In this document: in pieces, positions 20,601-30,100 of the stretch
Layout: each line of letters opens with the position of its first letter
Numbering within the stretch: the first letter of the stretch is position 1
Program-made: the position numbers and the translations under genes
NCBI GenBank assembly: GCA_965240325.2
Contig: OZ251232.1
Coordinates: 1,116,001 to 1,180,000 of the forward strand
Direction of reading: 5' to 3'
Source of the DNA: Rebecca billardiae RCC1528
Lineage: Eukaryota; Protista; Haptophyta
Length of the DNA stretch: 64,000 nucleotides
The notes under the pieces: generated by a model
What the model saw: only the letters and a program-made list of their open reading frames with translations
Told to the model about the DNA's origin: nothing
Databases searched by the model: none

Positions 20601-23600
20601 GCGTGCGGCACGTGCGAGCACGGCAGCTCGTTCGCATGCGTGTCGCACGACTCGACGGACCGACGGAGCTCGCCGTCGTCGTTCTCGTCGAGCCAGCACG
20701 CGTCGAGCAGCGCGTCGTGCGCGGACGCCGCCGGCTGGCCGTCGAGCATGACGAGCACGTCGGCCTCGGTGAACCACCGCCTGCGCGAGTGGAGCAGCAG
20801 CTGCATCGTCGCCCACCCTTGCTGCATCGGCCAGCTCACCATGTACGTGACGCCCGTCGCCTGCACGAACAGGTTGCGCTGGCACGGGCACGTGTCGGGC
20901 GGCGACGTGTTGCGCGCGCACTGGCAACGCACGAGCCACTCGTGCAGGCTCAGCCACTCGGAGTGGCCCTCGTCGATGCGCTCCTCGCGGTAGTCGATGT
21001 ACTGCTGCATGACGGGCTTCTTGGCCTCGACGCGCGATGATGGCCATATCGACGTCGGCGGGCGCGGCGCGGGCTCGCCGTTGGGCATCAGTGCCGTCGG
21101 GCGCGCGCGCAGCACGCGGCCGCCGCCCATGCCGACGCGCACCGGCCGCGCCGTCTGCCGCGTGATCGGCGTGCCCGAGTTGAGGTGGTTCGCCTGCTGG
21201 TGGCGGAGCGGCACGAGGCCCACGGCGCGCAGCGCAAAGCTGTATGCGATGTTGGCGGCGGTGCGCACGTCGCCGGCCGGCGGCGGCTCGGCGGCGGCGG
21301 CGGCCGGCGCGCCGTGCGCGGCGCCGGCGCCAGGCGCGCCGAGCGACGCGGCGGCCGGTGCGCCGGGCGGTGCGCTGTCGAGAGCGTGGCCGGGCTCGGC
21401 GGCCGGGGGCGTCGCGTCGGTCGTCGCGTGCGCCGTCGCGGCCGTGGGGTCGCTCGCGTCCGCATCCGTCGGCGGCGGCGCCAACGCGCGCGGCTCGTTG
21501 GCATCTGTGGGCGGCGGCGGCAGGGCGGGCGGCTCGAGCAAGCTGCGGTACAGCCGCCGGCACTGATCCTCCGTGTCGTGCGTCTTGAACGCGTAGTCGC
21601 ACACGTAGTGCACGTGCTCGAAGATGAGGTCGCCGGCCGAATCGCGCGTCTCCACCGCGATGATCAGCTTCGTGTCGTTGTTGCCCTGCCACGACGTTCC
21701 GCTGCGCGGCTGTGCGAGCCGTGGCCAACAGTCGGTCGGGCTCTCGTACCGGTAGTGCCGGCCGTGCTGCACGAAGTGGCCGTCGCCCGAGTCGATGGCG
21801 CGCGCCTCGGCGAGCACGAGCCGCTTGTCGAACGTGGCGATGCCGAAGCGGCACTTCCAATGCGTCTCGCCGTCCTCGTCCGAGCGGATCGCCTCCTTCA
21901 CCTTGTGCAGGCAGTACGAGCACATGCACGTGTGCATGCACGACGCGTTGCACGAGTCGATGCGCCACCGGAAGAGCTTGGCCTCCGAGCCGTACATCTC
22001 GGGCAGCGTGCGCGCGCACGGGTGGGCCGCGCCGCGCGGCACGCGCGCCGTGCCCGCCGGCTTGCCCCACTCCGCCGTGTTGGGCTCGTGCGCGTTGCTG
22101 TCGTCGTTCCACGTCGTGCCGGCCGGGTGGTAGGAGTCCACCTGCCAGGTCGACCAACCGTCCGCGCGGCGCACCTCGCAGCCCAGCTCGTCGTCGTGCA
22201 CGTACTCGTCGGCGGCGGTCGTGTGCAGCACGGCGTGCAGCTGCGTCGCAAAGTGGCGTCGGAAGGTCTCGTCCCACTCGCGCACGCTCTTGGCGCGCTC
22301 TGCGGGGGCGCCGTCGTCATCGGCGTCGATGGGCTCCTCGGGCGGCCGACCCTCGCCCTTCTCGTCGCGCGTTGCGCGCTCGGCCTTGTGGCGCGCGCCG
22401 TTGACCGCGCGCGAGGCGGCGTGCGAAACGCCGCACCCGTGGCTGTGGATGAAGCTGCGCAGCTCGGCGTACTCGTACTTCCACATCGCGTCGTTCATGT
22501 GGTCCGCGTGGATGCCGACGGTGTTATGAAAGTTCACGCAGCGCCAGTCGAAGTACGCTGTGACGATCTGTGGCATCGAGCGGATGGCGTCGCGCAGCTG
22601 CGCGCGCGGCTTGTGCTCCCAGAGCTCGAGCGTGGTGCGGCGCGCCGCGGCGGCGTCGTTGCCCATCGCGGCGGCGGCGGCGGTTGCGTGCTCGGCGGCC
22701 GCGTCGCGCAGCGCGCGCGCGAGCGGCAGCCACCAGTACTCGGCGCACGCGCGCGAGAAGAAGACGAACGACGGCGGCATGCACTCCATGTTTTCCACCT
22801 CGGTGAACGTGCGCTCGTGGTACATGGCCAGCATCTCCTTCATCTTGGTCTTGGTCGAGGACGAGGTGCCCGGGACGTTGCCCGTGAGGCCGTACAGCGC
22901 GTTGAAGATCGTCTCGTCGCCGGCCTCCACGCGCTCGCGCATCGTCTCGACGGGCAGATCGGGCTCGTTCAGGTGCGCGTTGATGCCAAACGCCGCCTGG
23001 CCGCTCGCCTGCTTCTGCATGCGCAGCCGTTGGAGCACGATGCCGACGAGCGGGTGCGCGGCGACGCGGCCGGGCGCCGCCCACGTGACGTGCTCGATCC
23101 AGTGCAGCGCGTCGAGCGTCTTCTCGGTGGACAGCGTGCCGTCGCCGCCGCCGCCGGAGAAGACGCGCACGAAGAGGCCGCTCCAGAAGCCGGGGGTCTT
23201 CCACGGGTCGACGAGCGCTGCGCGTCGGCGCTGCAGCGCGGCGGCGGCGACGCCGCGGCCGGAGCGCACGTAGGCGTCGCGCGCGGCCTCGCCCACGGAG
23301 TCGGCGAGCGACTGCATCAGGGCCTCGTGCACGTCCACGTCCGCTGGGATCTGCACGAAGCCCGCGACCTCGTCGGCGTCCACTTCGGCGTCGTCGCCGG
23401 CGCGCGTCCACCGAGGGCGCCCGTTCACGTCTGCGTCGGCTGCGCCGGCGTCCGGGTGGCCCGGCGGCACGCGCACGACGAAGAGGTCGTTGGGCACGGC
23501 GCCCTCGGGGAGGCTGGCGAGGCTCTCGTGGCGCACGTTCACGTCGTGGAACGCGGGATTGGGCATGCGGTCGCGGCGGAAGAAGCGCCCGCGCAGGGGC

Positions 23601-26600
23601 GTGTGCGCCGCCGAGCCGGTGTCGGTCAGCACTCCGTTGTGGTCGTTGTACGGGTAGCGCACGTAGTTGGCTGCGGCCTCGCCGAGCGGCACGGCGGCGT
23701 GGCCCCCCTGCGGCACGCCGACGCACAGCGAGCGGATGGCGAGCGCCAGCCGCGAGCGCGACACGACGTAGCGCTTGCGCAGTCGCCGCTCGCCGCTCGC
23801 GGTGGTGGGCACGACGACGACGTAGTCCACGTCCGTCGGCAGGCGCGGCAGCCAGCGGCTCACCTTCACGTCGTCGATGAGGAAGGTGATGCAGCCGCGC
23901 TGCTCGAGGCCGGCGCCGCCCTGGAGCGCGTGCAGGGTGGCGGCGCACGCGTACTTGCCCAGCAGCTGCAGCTCGAACTCGGTGCACGGCAGCAGGTACT
24001 CGGACACCGGCAGGAAGTGCATGTTGTTGTGGTGGAGGTCGCTGGACATGTCGCCGGCGGGGCTGGAGAAGCCCGAGTAGGGGTGTGCCTTGAGCTCGTT
24101 GTTGTCCGGCGTGCGGCGCCGCGCCGCGCTGGTGTTGAGCGCCATGCAGATCTTGCACATCACGCGCGACTTGGGCGCGCCCGGATAGCGCTGCGCGCGC
24201 GGCTGGCAGTCCCACGGCGCGGCGATGACCGTGTTGAACCCTGGGCGTGCGCTCAGATCGGCGCCGGAGTCGTGGCCAATGTTGCGCACCTGCAGGCACA
24301 CGGTGCACATGCCAACGGCGTGCTTCTCCTCGCCGCGGCTGAAGGTGAGCATCGCTGCGCACGAGTGCGTGTTCGCGTGGATCAACCCCTGCACGTGCTC
24401 CGGCGGGTCGAAGTCCGGAGTCGGCGGCGGGATGCCGGTCGCGCCGGTGGCGTCGGCCTCGTCGTCGCTCATCGGGTCGCCGACCAGGTGGCCGTCGGTG
24501 GGCGGCGGCGCGCCGGGCTGCGAGGCGGCCAAGGGGGCGGCGCCGCTCGGCGTGGGGTGCGGTTTGGAAAGCGCCGAGTCGCGCGCCGACGTCTGCGAGC
24601 GCAGCACGCGCGAGTGTCGCGGCGCCGCCATGCTGGTCACGCCGGTGGCGTCGGCCTGGTCGTCGCTCAGCGGCTCCTCGGCGACGTGGTCGTCGGCGCG
24701 CGGCGGCGCGCCCGGCTGCAAGGCGCCCACGGGCGCTGCGCCGCTCGGCGTGGGATGCGAAGCGGATGGCGCCGAGCCGTGCGCTGGCGCCTGCGAGCGT
24801 AGCACGCGCGAGTGCCGCGGCGGCGCCGTGCCGCGGTTCGGCGCGGCGAAGTCATCGAGCGCGTCGCACGACTCCTCCATGTCCACGCGCATGGCGTCGG
24901 CAACGGCTGGGAGCCCGGCGATGGGGGCGGCTGGGCTCGCTGTCGCGTCCGCGGCGTTGGTCTCCGCGGCGAGCGCGGGGTCGGAGGCGCGCTGCGCGAT
25001 ATGCGGCGACGGGTGCGAGCGCGCCGACTCGCGTGCGCCTTCGACACACGTCGCCATCGCGTCGGGCTGCGCGCACGTCCCTGCCACGTCGGCAAAAGAC
25101 TTGCCCGTGAGCGCCGTGAGCAGCATCAAGCGCCGCCACTCCTTGGGGTCGAACGGCTGGCTCATGCCGCACGGCGCGTGGCCTCGCACGGTGTCGAGGA
25201 CGTACGCGAAGACGAGCACCGCGCAGTGCACCGTGCCCGGCACCTGCCGCGCCATCGTCAACGGCCGCTCGCGCGCGCGCTCGAACACGCGCCACGTGGA
25301 GGGGCCGCGCCGCGCGCATGTGCGCGGTGTGCGCTGCTGCTGGGCCTCGTGCGCGTCGGCGAGCAGCAGCTGCACGTTCGAGACGAACCCGATCATGTCG
25401 CCTCCGCCCAGGGGCTCGCGGTACTCGATGATCTCGCGCCGCAAGTCGACGAGCCCCTGCGCCCAGTGGTTGCCGTCCTGGTTGATGATGAAGGAGAGCA
25501 CGTCGTACTCGTTCAGGTCGAAGAGCGCAAAGATGTCGGCCACCTTCTCCCACGCGTACACGCCCGCACCCATGAGCAAGGTCCACACCCACGAGGGAAC
25601 GTGCAGCACGCGGGGCGGGGCGGGCAGCCCGTGGCTCCGCGCGAGCTCGCGTACGCGCTGCATGTGCCGCATCTCGACCGCGATGACGTAGTCGAGCGCC
25701 TCGCCGCCAACGAATCCGCCAGAGGAGATCGTGAGCATCTCCTCCTGCCGCCAGCTGAGATCGTGTGTCGCGAGGATGCCAATGTCCGCTCCGGGCACGA
25801 TGGGCTCGGCGAAGGTCGCGTCGGCGTCGTGCACGGCCGCCACGCTGCGCAACAGCGCGTCCAGGTCCAAGCGCTCGTCGGCGCTCGCCGCTCCGCGCGA
25901 CAGGTCCGGCACTCGCACGTTCGGCGGTATCAGGAGCTGTTGGCGGTGTACGCGCGCGCAGTGCGAGAGCGTGTGCCACTCGCGATCGACGGTGGGCACG
26001 CGCTGCTCGAGCAGGCACATGAAGCGCAGCGCATGCGCCACTGGCTTCACGACGTTGGCCTCGTCCCGCAGCGCCCGTGCCATGGTGGAGGATGGCGCGA
26101 CGATCTTGCACGCTCGGCGTTTCAGCTCGTTGCGGATGCCCGTCTGGGATCGGCGATAGCGCGTTGTCGCCTCAGTCGCCGACTCGCGAAGACGCGGTTC
26201 CTTCCACGGCTGCAAACCCGGCAAGTGCGTGCGGTGCGCGTCGTACGCCGCTTTGCGCTGCCCCTCCGTCGCATTGGTCACCGTCGACGCCATGCAGGCC
26301 GGACGTGGGCCCCCAGGCGCCGAGCGATCTTTGGCCGCGAGCTCGCGAGCGTGAAAGATGATCGCTTGCTCTTTTCAAGGGAACGCCATCGACCGTAGCA
26401 AACGGATTTGCATGCGCCCGACCTTGCCAACCGGGGCACGCGACAGTCCGGTGTGCGGATTCCGGCGATCGAGTTCAGAAGGCCGCGCCAAACCTTGCGT
26501 CGCGTGCGATGGCGCTTCCCGCCCGCGAGACGCCTCGTGATGAGGGCCTTTCCGCACCGAGCCCCACGCGCGGCGGAGGATCGCGCGAGGCGGCCATCGT

Positions 26601-27033
26601 GCGCAGCGCTTGATGCTATGGCCGGTGCGACCTTTCGACGTGCACGTCGGGCGAGGATCGCCCCAAGTCGCACGATCGTGTCGACGCGCCGAGCGTACCG
26701 CATCAAACGGGTCGATTTGGGCCCCGTTCGACCTGCACGCGAGACGACGAGGGCAGCAATCGCGAATCGGGCGAAAACACCGTTCGGGAGTCCTCTCACG
26801 ATGTCCGCGCCGGCGTTGGATTTGGCGCGCGCCGCCCACGCGCTCCGCGCCAGGCGCCATATGGTTTTCGGCCGAGCGTCCCCAGTGGGAGCTGCGAGGG
26901 CGCCCGGTAGTGAGCGAAGCGACCCGGCAGTGAGCGAGGCGATTTTCTTTTCTTTGCGAGGCGATTTTCTTTTTCTCTTTTCTTTTTCTTATCTTTTTCC
27001 CGGGCACTACAAGGGGCGGACCTACGGCCCGCC
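17642..27033 (-). mobile_element. Autonomous Helitron2/Helentron-type rolling-circle transposon (9.4 kb)
   Basis: Precise insertion into a T-run of the LTR with no TSD. 5' hairpin GGCGGGCC-GTA-GGTCCGCC. Asymmetric inverted repeat ACGGCCCGCC ~30 bp from the 3' end. 3' end terminates in Ts. Confidence 0.9.
18158..26293 (-). CDS. RepHel transposase (2711 aa): Ulp1-like protease, DUF6570-like region, HUH Rep, PIF1 helicase
   Basis: Protease NHWAQGLVD...YREP...Q...HCAV. LPRLP...VSR...NPAF region. Rep YEYAELRSFIHSH (HUH) and YVCDYAFK. Helicase GEAGTGKS, APTGAAA, IDESSM, GDPSQLDPV, LTEQKR, KVQGIT, YVAFTR. Confidence 0.92.
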   Translation of the reverse strand: MASTVTNATEGQRKAAYDAHRTHLPGLQPWKEPRLRESATEATTRYRRSQTGIRNELKRRACKIVAPSSTMARALRDEANVVKPVAHALRFMCLLEQRVPTVDREWHTLSHCARVHRQQLLIPPNVRVPDLSRGAASADERLDLDALLRSVAAVHDADATFAEPIVPGADIGILATHDLSWRQEEMLTISSGGFVGGEALDYVIAVEMRHMQRVRELARSHGLPAPPRVLHVPSWVWTLLMGAGVYAWEKVADIFALFDLNEYDVLSFIINQDGNHWAQGLVDLRREIIEYREPLGGGDMIGFVSNVQLLLADAHEAQQQRTPRTCARRGPSTWRVFERARERPLTMARQVPGTVHCAVLVFAYVLDTVRGHAPCGMSQPFDPKEWRRLMLLTALTGKSFADVAGTCAQPDAMATCVEGARESARSHPSPHIAQRASDPALAAETNAADATASPAAPIAGLPAVADAMRVDMEESCDALDDFAAPNRGTAPPRHSRVLRSQAPAHGSAPSASHPTPSGAAPVGALQPGAPPRADDHVAEEPLSDDQADATGVTSMAAPRHSRVLRSQTSARDSALSKPHPTPSGAAPLAASQPGAPPPTDGHLVGDPMSDDEADATGATGIPPPTPDFDPPEHVQGLIHANTHSCAAMLTFSRGEEKHAVGMCTVCLQVRNIGHDSGADLSARPGFNTVIAAPWDCQPRAQRYPGAPKSRVMCKICMALNTSAARRRTPDNNELKAHPYSGFSSPAGDMSSDLHHNNMHFLPVSEYLLPCTEFELQLLGKYACAATLHALQGGAGLEQRGCITFLIDDVKVSRWLPRLPTDVDYVVVVPTTASGERRLRKRYVVSRSRLALAIRSLCVGVPQGGHAAVPLGEAAANYVRYPYNDHNGVLTDTGSAAHTPLRGRFFRRDRMPNPAFHDVNVRHESLASLPEGAVPNDLFVVRVPPGHPDAGAADADVNGRPRWTRAGDDAEVDADEVAGFVQIPADVDVHEALMQSLADSVGEAARDAYVRSGRGVAAAALQRRRAALVDPWKTPGFWSGLFVRVFSGGGGDGTLSTEKTLDALHWIEHVTWAAPGRVAAHPLVGIVLQRLRMQKQASGQAAFGINAHLNEPDLPVETMRERVEAGDETIFNALYGLTGNVPGTSSSTKTKMKEMLAMYHERTFTEVENMECMPPSFVFFSRACAEYWWLPLARALRDAAAEHATAAAAAMGNDAAAARRTTLELWEHKPRAQLRDAIRSMPQIVTAYFDWRCVNFHNTVGIHADHMNDAMWKYEYAELRSFIHSHGCGVSHAASRAVNGARHKAERATRDEKGEGRPPEEPIDADDDGAPAERAKSVREWDETFRRHFATQLHAVLHTTAADEYVHDDELGCEVRRADGWSTWQVDSYHPAGTTWNDDSNAHEPNTAEWGKPAGTARVPRGAAHPCARTLPEMYGSEAKLFRWRIDSCNASCMHTCMCSYCLHKVKEAIRSDEDGETHWKCRFGIATFDKRLVLAEARAIDSGDGHFVQHGRHYRYESPTDCWPRLAQPRSGTSWQGNNDTKLIIAVETRDSAGDLIFEHVHYVCDYAFKTHDTEDQCRRLYRSLLEPPALPPPPTDANEPRALAPPPTDADASDPTAATAHATTDATPPAAEPGHALDSAPPGAPAAASLGAPGAGAAHGAPAAAAAEPPPAGDVRTAANIAYSFALRAVGLVPLRHQQANHLNSGTPITRQTARPVRVGMGGGRVLRARPTALMPNGEPAPRPPTSIWPSSRVEAKKPVMQQYIDYREERIDEGHSEWLSLHEWLVRCQCARNTSPPDTCPCQRNLFVQATGVTYMVSWPMQQGWATMQLLLHSRRRWFTEADVLVMLDGQPAASAHDALLDACWLDENDDGELRRSVESCDTHANELPCSHVPHARGERWASGEFPPGVVELIKHAHTASTFRGRRRAAQAAACARQRATERRQREQEERAPAADARDADGETDASDSERDDGADRARTANDLEALASAARVAPALAGGADDGVGTYTVRPAPPGFNWHAAGREALARGLAAYDCDAPTALAALGADVERALADHLPRQLASRAHSALANAAGQTTPGATANAAVRTDATVRSFELAPLDVPLLRASPSQRAAIAVTLLSMLRRATSPTTSGAAPDYQYSRLLLHGEAGTGKSVVLRGQERCAHRLFGARPAGERCAGGLAPTGAAAVSMSPRARTVASTCPERLDRKNGADDAGSLSLERVNALRALACVDQASGDLRSALELVQIDESSMLTARQFESVVMDFAQALGMPVPAAAPGARLTRMLPFDQTVAGDPSQLDPVGKNNLDWPLARLQGLQRLGGVRYRQEFVDAIVLTEQKRLQLVDDDDRALQRLQRHMKHGLLDRQDFDWAQTRVLGNMSEEERELFERVDEVMHVWGRRADVNDGNVRCVDALAAARDEPAATVRATTSVGRCRASRDPNKQVGQLPMYTHLAPSSVLVCCANGGGYPELCAPCGIANATRGTCVAAMYAPGEGAPEHQPAAVVVHHPTYKGEPIAAGWPPTWVAYAPVAKDCDAHCCSRTMVPLEPGMHVTFFKVQGITVGEKEMIKRIVVHLDFSSGLNTEALWPRSTYVAFTRPRRARDFALAASLTLENFMAINNAAWRADAEIERQRVAELDAATRARMAPHMSDEGWVALLARLDAACDDGVRDAACAAAADDDDDDRLACALDGCASCAIWRAARADGHE

Positions 27034-27110
27034 ATTGCATGAACAATGGCTGCTGTTGGCCTTGCTCTTGAATGGTGAAACCGATTGAATTGCATGATGA
27101 AAGTCTACTG
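27034..27110 (-). repeat. Copia 5' LTR, 77-bp middle piece
   Basis: Matches 10423-10499. Confidence 0.95.
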
Positions 27111-27111
27111 C

Positions 27112-30100
27112 CTGCACTCGCCTGGGTTTGCCCCTGCGGCGTACCCCCCGTTCGTCGAGGGTGGGCTGCGCGCGCTGAACACCTGCCCGGCCGGTGCGGC
27201 GCGGTGGGCGCCGGCCACCTACCGTGAACTCGCGCTCCTCACTCTCAGGGAGGTGTGCGGCTCGCGTGTCGAGCACATCATGGATACGTACTCCAATAGG
27301 CTGTCTCTGCGGAAGCGCAGCAGCCGGACTGCCCGGCTCAACGCCATCCTCGACATGACTGTGGGTGCCACGATCGAGATGGCAGTGCCCAGGGCTGGCC
27401 CCAACCTGCCGGGCCGTGCCCACACGAGCATGCTGGAGGAGAGCATCCTGCGTGATGGTGGGACCTCCGCCGCGCAGATGATACGCGCCACCAATGGGGG
27501 AGCCGCAGCAGCTGTCCTCTCCCTCTTCACAGCGGACGGCAGGAGGGCCCTCCGTGCATACGACCCCGCGCAGGAGTGGATGTGCGGTCGCCTGGCCCAT
27601 GCCTTGCTGGATGGGCTCGTTGACAACTGGCTCACCGCCCCGGAAAACTTTCTGCTCACCGGGCACCTGGGCCCTGCGGACCGGGCTGCGGCCCACGAAC
27701 GCGAAATCCCTACTGATGGCAGGCTGCCAGTGCGCGGCCTGCTGGCTGACACAGACAGGCTGATGGCCGGAGTGGATGGCTCCTACGTCCCAGGCAGGGG
27801 CCAGGGGGCAGCTGCTGTGGCATATGCGCTACCCCTCACACCGGGCGGCGAGCGCCATGCCATCACCATCTTCACAGCCACGTACCCCGGCGAGCAGTCA
27901 GCCCAGAACTCTGAGATTGCCGCTGCCACCCTGGGAGTGAAGGTGCTCTCTACTATTGGAGTGCGGCACGCCCACATAGGGTGGGACTGCGATACTGCCC
28001 TGCACCACACCCTCCGCGCCCGGCCGGACTTGACAGCCCCGGGAGAGTCTGTTCCCCGCCAGGGCACTGGCACCGCAGCCAAACTCCTCTCTGGCAGCCC
28101 CCACATGGTGCGCCTCCTCCGGCTCCTGGACATCTGCGTCCCACCGGCGTCGGGTCACCAGTGGGCGTTTCGCCACCAACAGGCAGGCCATGCGGAACTG
28201 GACCGCCTGGTTGGCAACACCCTGGCCCCACGGTGGTCGGCCCTCGACAACGCCTTCTGCGTGAGCTCGGCCCAATGTGAAGCGCTGCTGCGCATAGTGC
28301 TCGGACATGCCCCTGGCACCCCACGCGAAGCTGCGCTCCGTACGGTCTGCAACCTGTGTGCGGATTGGGCCAGCAAGCAGGTCGCCAGGGGTGACCGGCA
28401 GGCATCGTTCGCACTGGGGCCGATGGTCTGGCTGCCGTACAGAGTGTCACTGATGGAGCACGGCTCTGCCACGTTGCTACCGTCCTGCCCAAACCAGGTC
28501 CGCACCCGCGTCATGGACAGGGCGCGCAGGGCTGCGCTGGAGGCACATGCTGCCACGCCTGCTGCAGCAGCGAAGTACAGGCTCAAACTGGCTGGACCCG
28601 ACAGTGACCAGGAACCCGACCACCAGGGCGGTACCCCGCTCCCATGCGATGTCCGCGAGTCCACACACTCGCTTCAGAACCAGTGGTGCCGCGAGCGCAT
28701 CAGTAAGTTTGTGCTGCGCTGCGCGGTCGGTGCACTGGTTTACAATGCGGATGCTGTGGCAGCCACACCGGCCCTGGCTGGTGTCCGGCGACGGTGCACC
28801 AGCTCGCGGGCGACCTATGCCCTGGGCACAGAGTGCCTATTCTGCCTGAAGGCGGGGGACCCGAACCCAGGGCCGGATAGCGTGCACCACGTCTTCCATC
28901 AGTGCCCGCACGCACACGCGCAGCGGAACGCTGAGGACAGGGTGGGAGCTGCGATACGTAAGGCCGCGAATGGCGCCATCCCACAGCCCGAAGCCACCCG
29001 ACTCGCGGTCCAGGCGACGCTTCACCCCTTCTACTATGCTGGCAAGGTGACCGAGGCCACTGTCACAGCTGTGAAGCAAGCACTGGCTGCCCACCAGCCG
29101 CCTGGCGGCCAGCCGGTGCCGTACGCCGCAGGGATGATCCACAAGCCCTTGGCCCTGGCCGCCAGCAAAATCCACGACGAGCGCAGGGCGCTGAGCCTCA
29201 GCTCGGCGTATGCCAAGACGTACGACTTGGATAAGTACTGGGCCCTCCTCCATAAGCAAGGCCGGGCGGCTGCCAGCCAGGCGGAGCCCGCCCCTGCTGC
29301 TGAGGTGGCAGAGCCAGGCCCACCTGCTGAAGACTCGCCAGCCCCCGATGAGCTGCTGCAACAGCAGCCGGCCGCAGCTGCCCCACCGGCTGCAGATGCC
29401 CCCGCCAGCGATGCGCAGGCGCCCGCTGCGTTGGGGCCTGGCCTTGCTCCAGCAGCGGCGAGCCACCCCCTGCCTGCACAGCTGCTGGGCCCGGTGCCGG
29501 AGGGCGCCGCAGCTGGGCCGCCAGCGGCAGCGCACGCTGGCCTGGCTGGCGCGGCGATGCACGGCGCACAGCGTGGCAGCAGGCGGCGGCCCCGCTCGCC
29601 CGATGCAGACGCCCTGGCACACCAGGATGATAACGGTGCGAGTGGGCCCCCTGCCCAGCAGCGGCGGTTGGCAGCAGCGGCAGGCTCCACCCCTCGCACT
29701 GCGGGCCCCCCAATCGACGATGTGGCTGCCGGCCACTCTCAACACCCTGCACACCGGCGGCCCTCAGTGCGGCTGCCACCTATGCCTGCCTACGTTGCTG
29801 TCCAGCCACAGTGGCGCGAGGCGGCCACTGAGCTGCTGGCAGCAGTGGGGCATGCTGTGTACCCTACTTGCATGCATGGGGACTGCCTCCTGCTGGCAGC
29901 CATGGGCTATGTCGAGGAGCGTGCCGCCGCAGTGGGCCCCTGCACCGCCGCCTACCAGGCAGTCCGCTTCCTCAGGGCAGCTGCTGTGGACTGGGTGCTC
30001 GGCACGGCACGTCTCTCACGGACACACCGGCTTCAATTGGGGCTCGTGGACGCGGATGGACTGGAGGCCATCAGCATGTCTGACAGCTATAGGGCCACAT

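Noticed and set aside
18164-26398. Long plus-strand ORFs (958, 1205 and 528 aa)
   Set aside because: Antisense shadows of the GC-rich RepHel ORF, with no motifs of their own.
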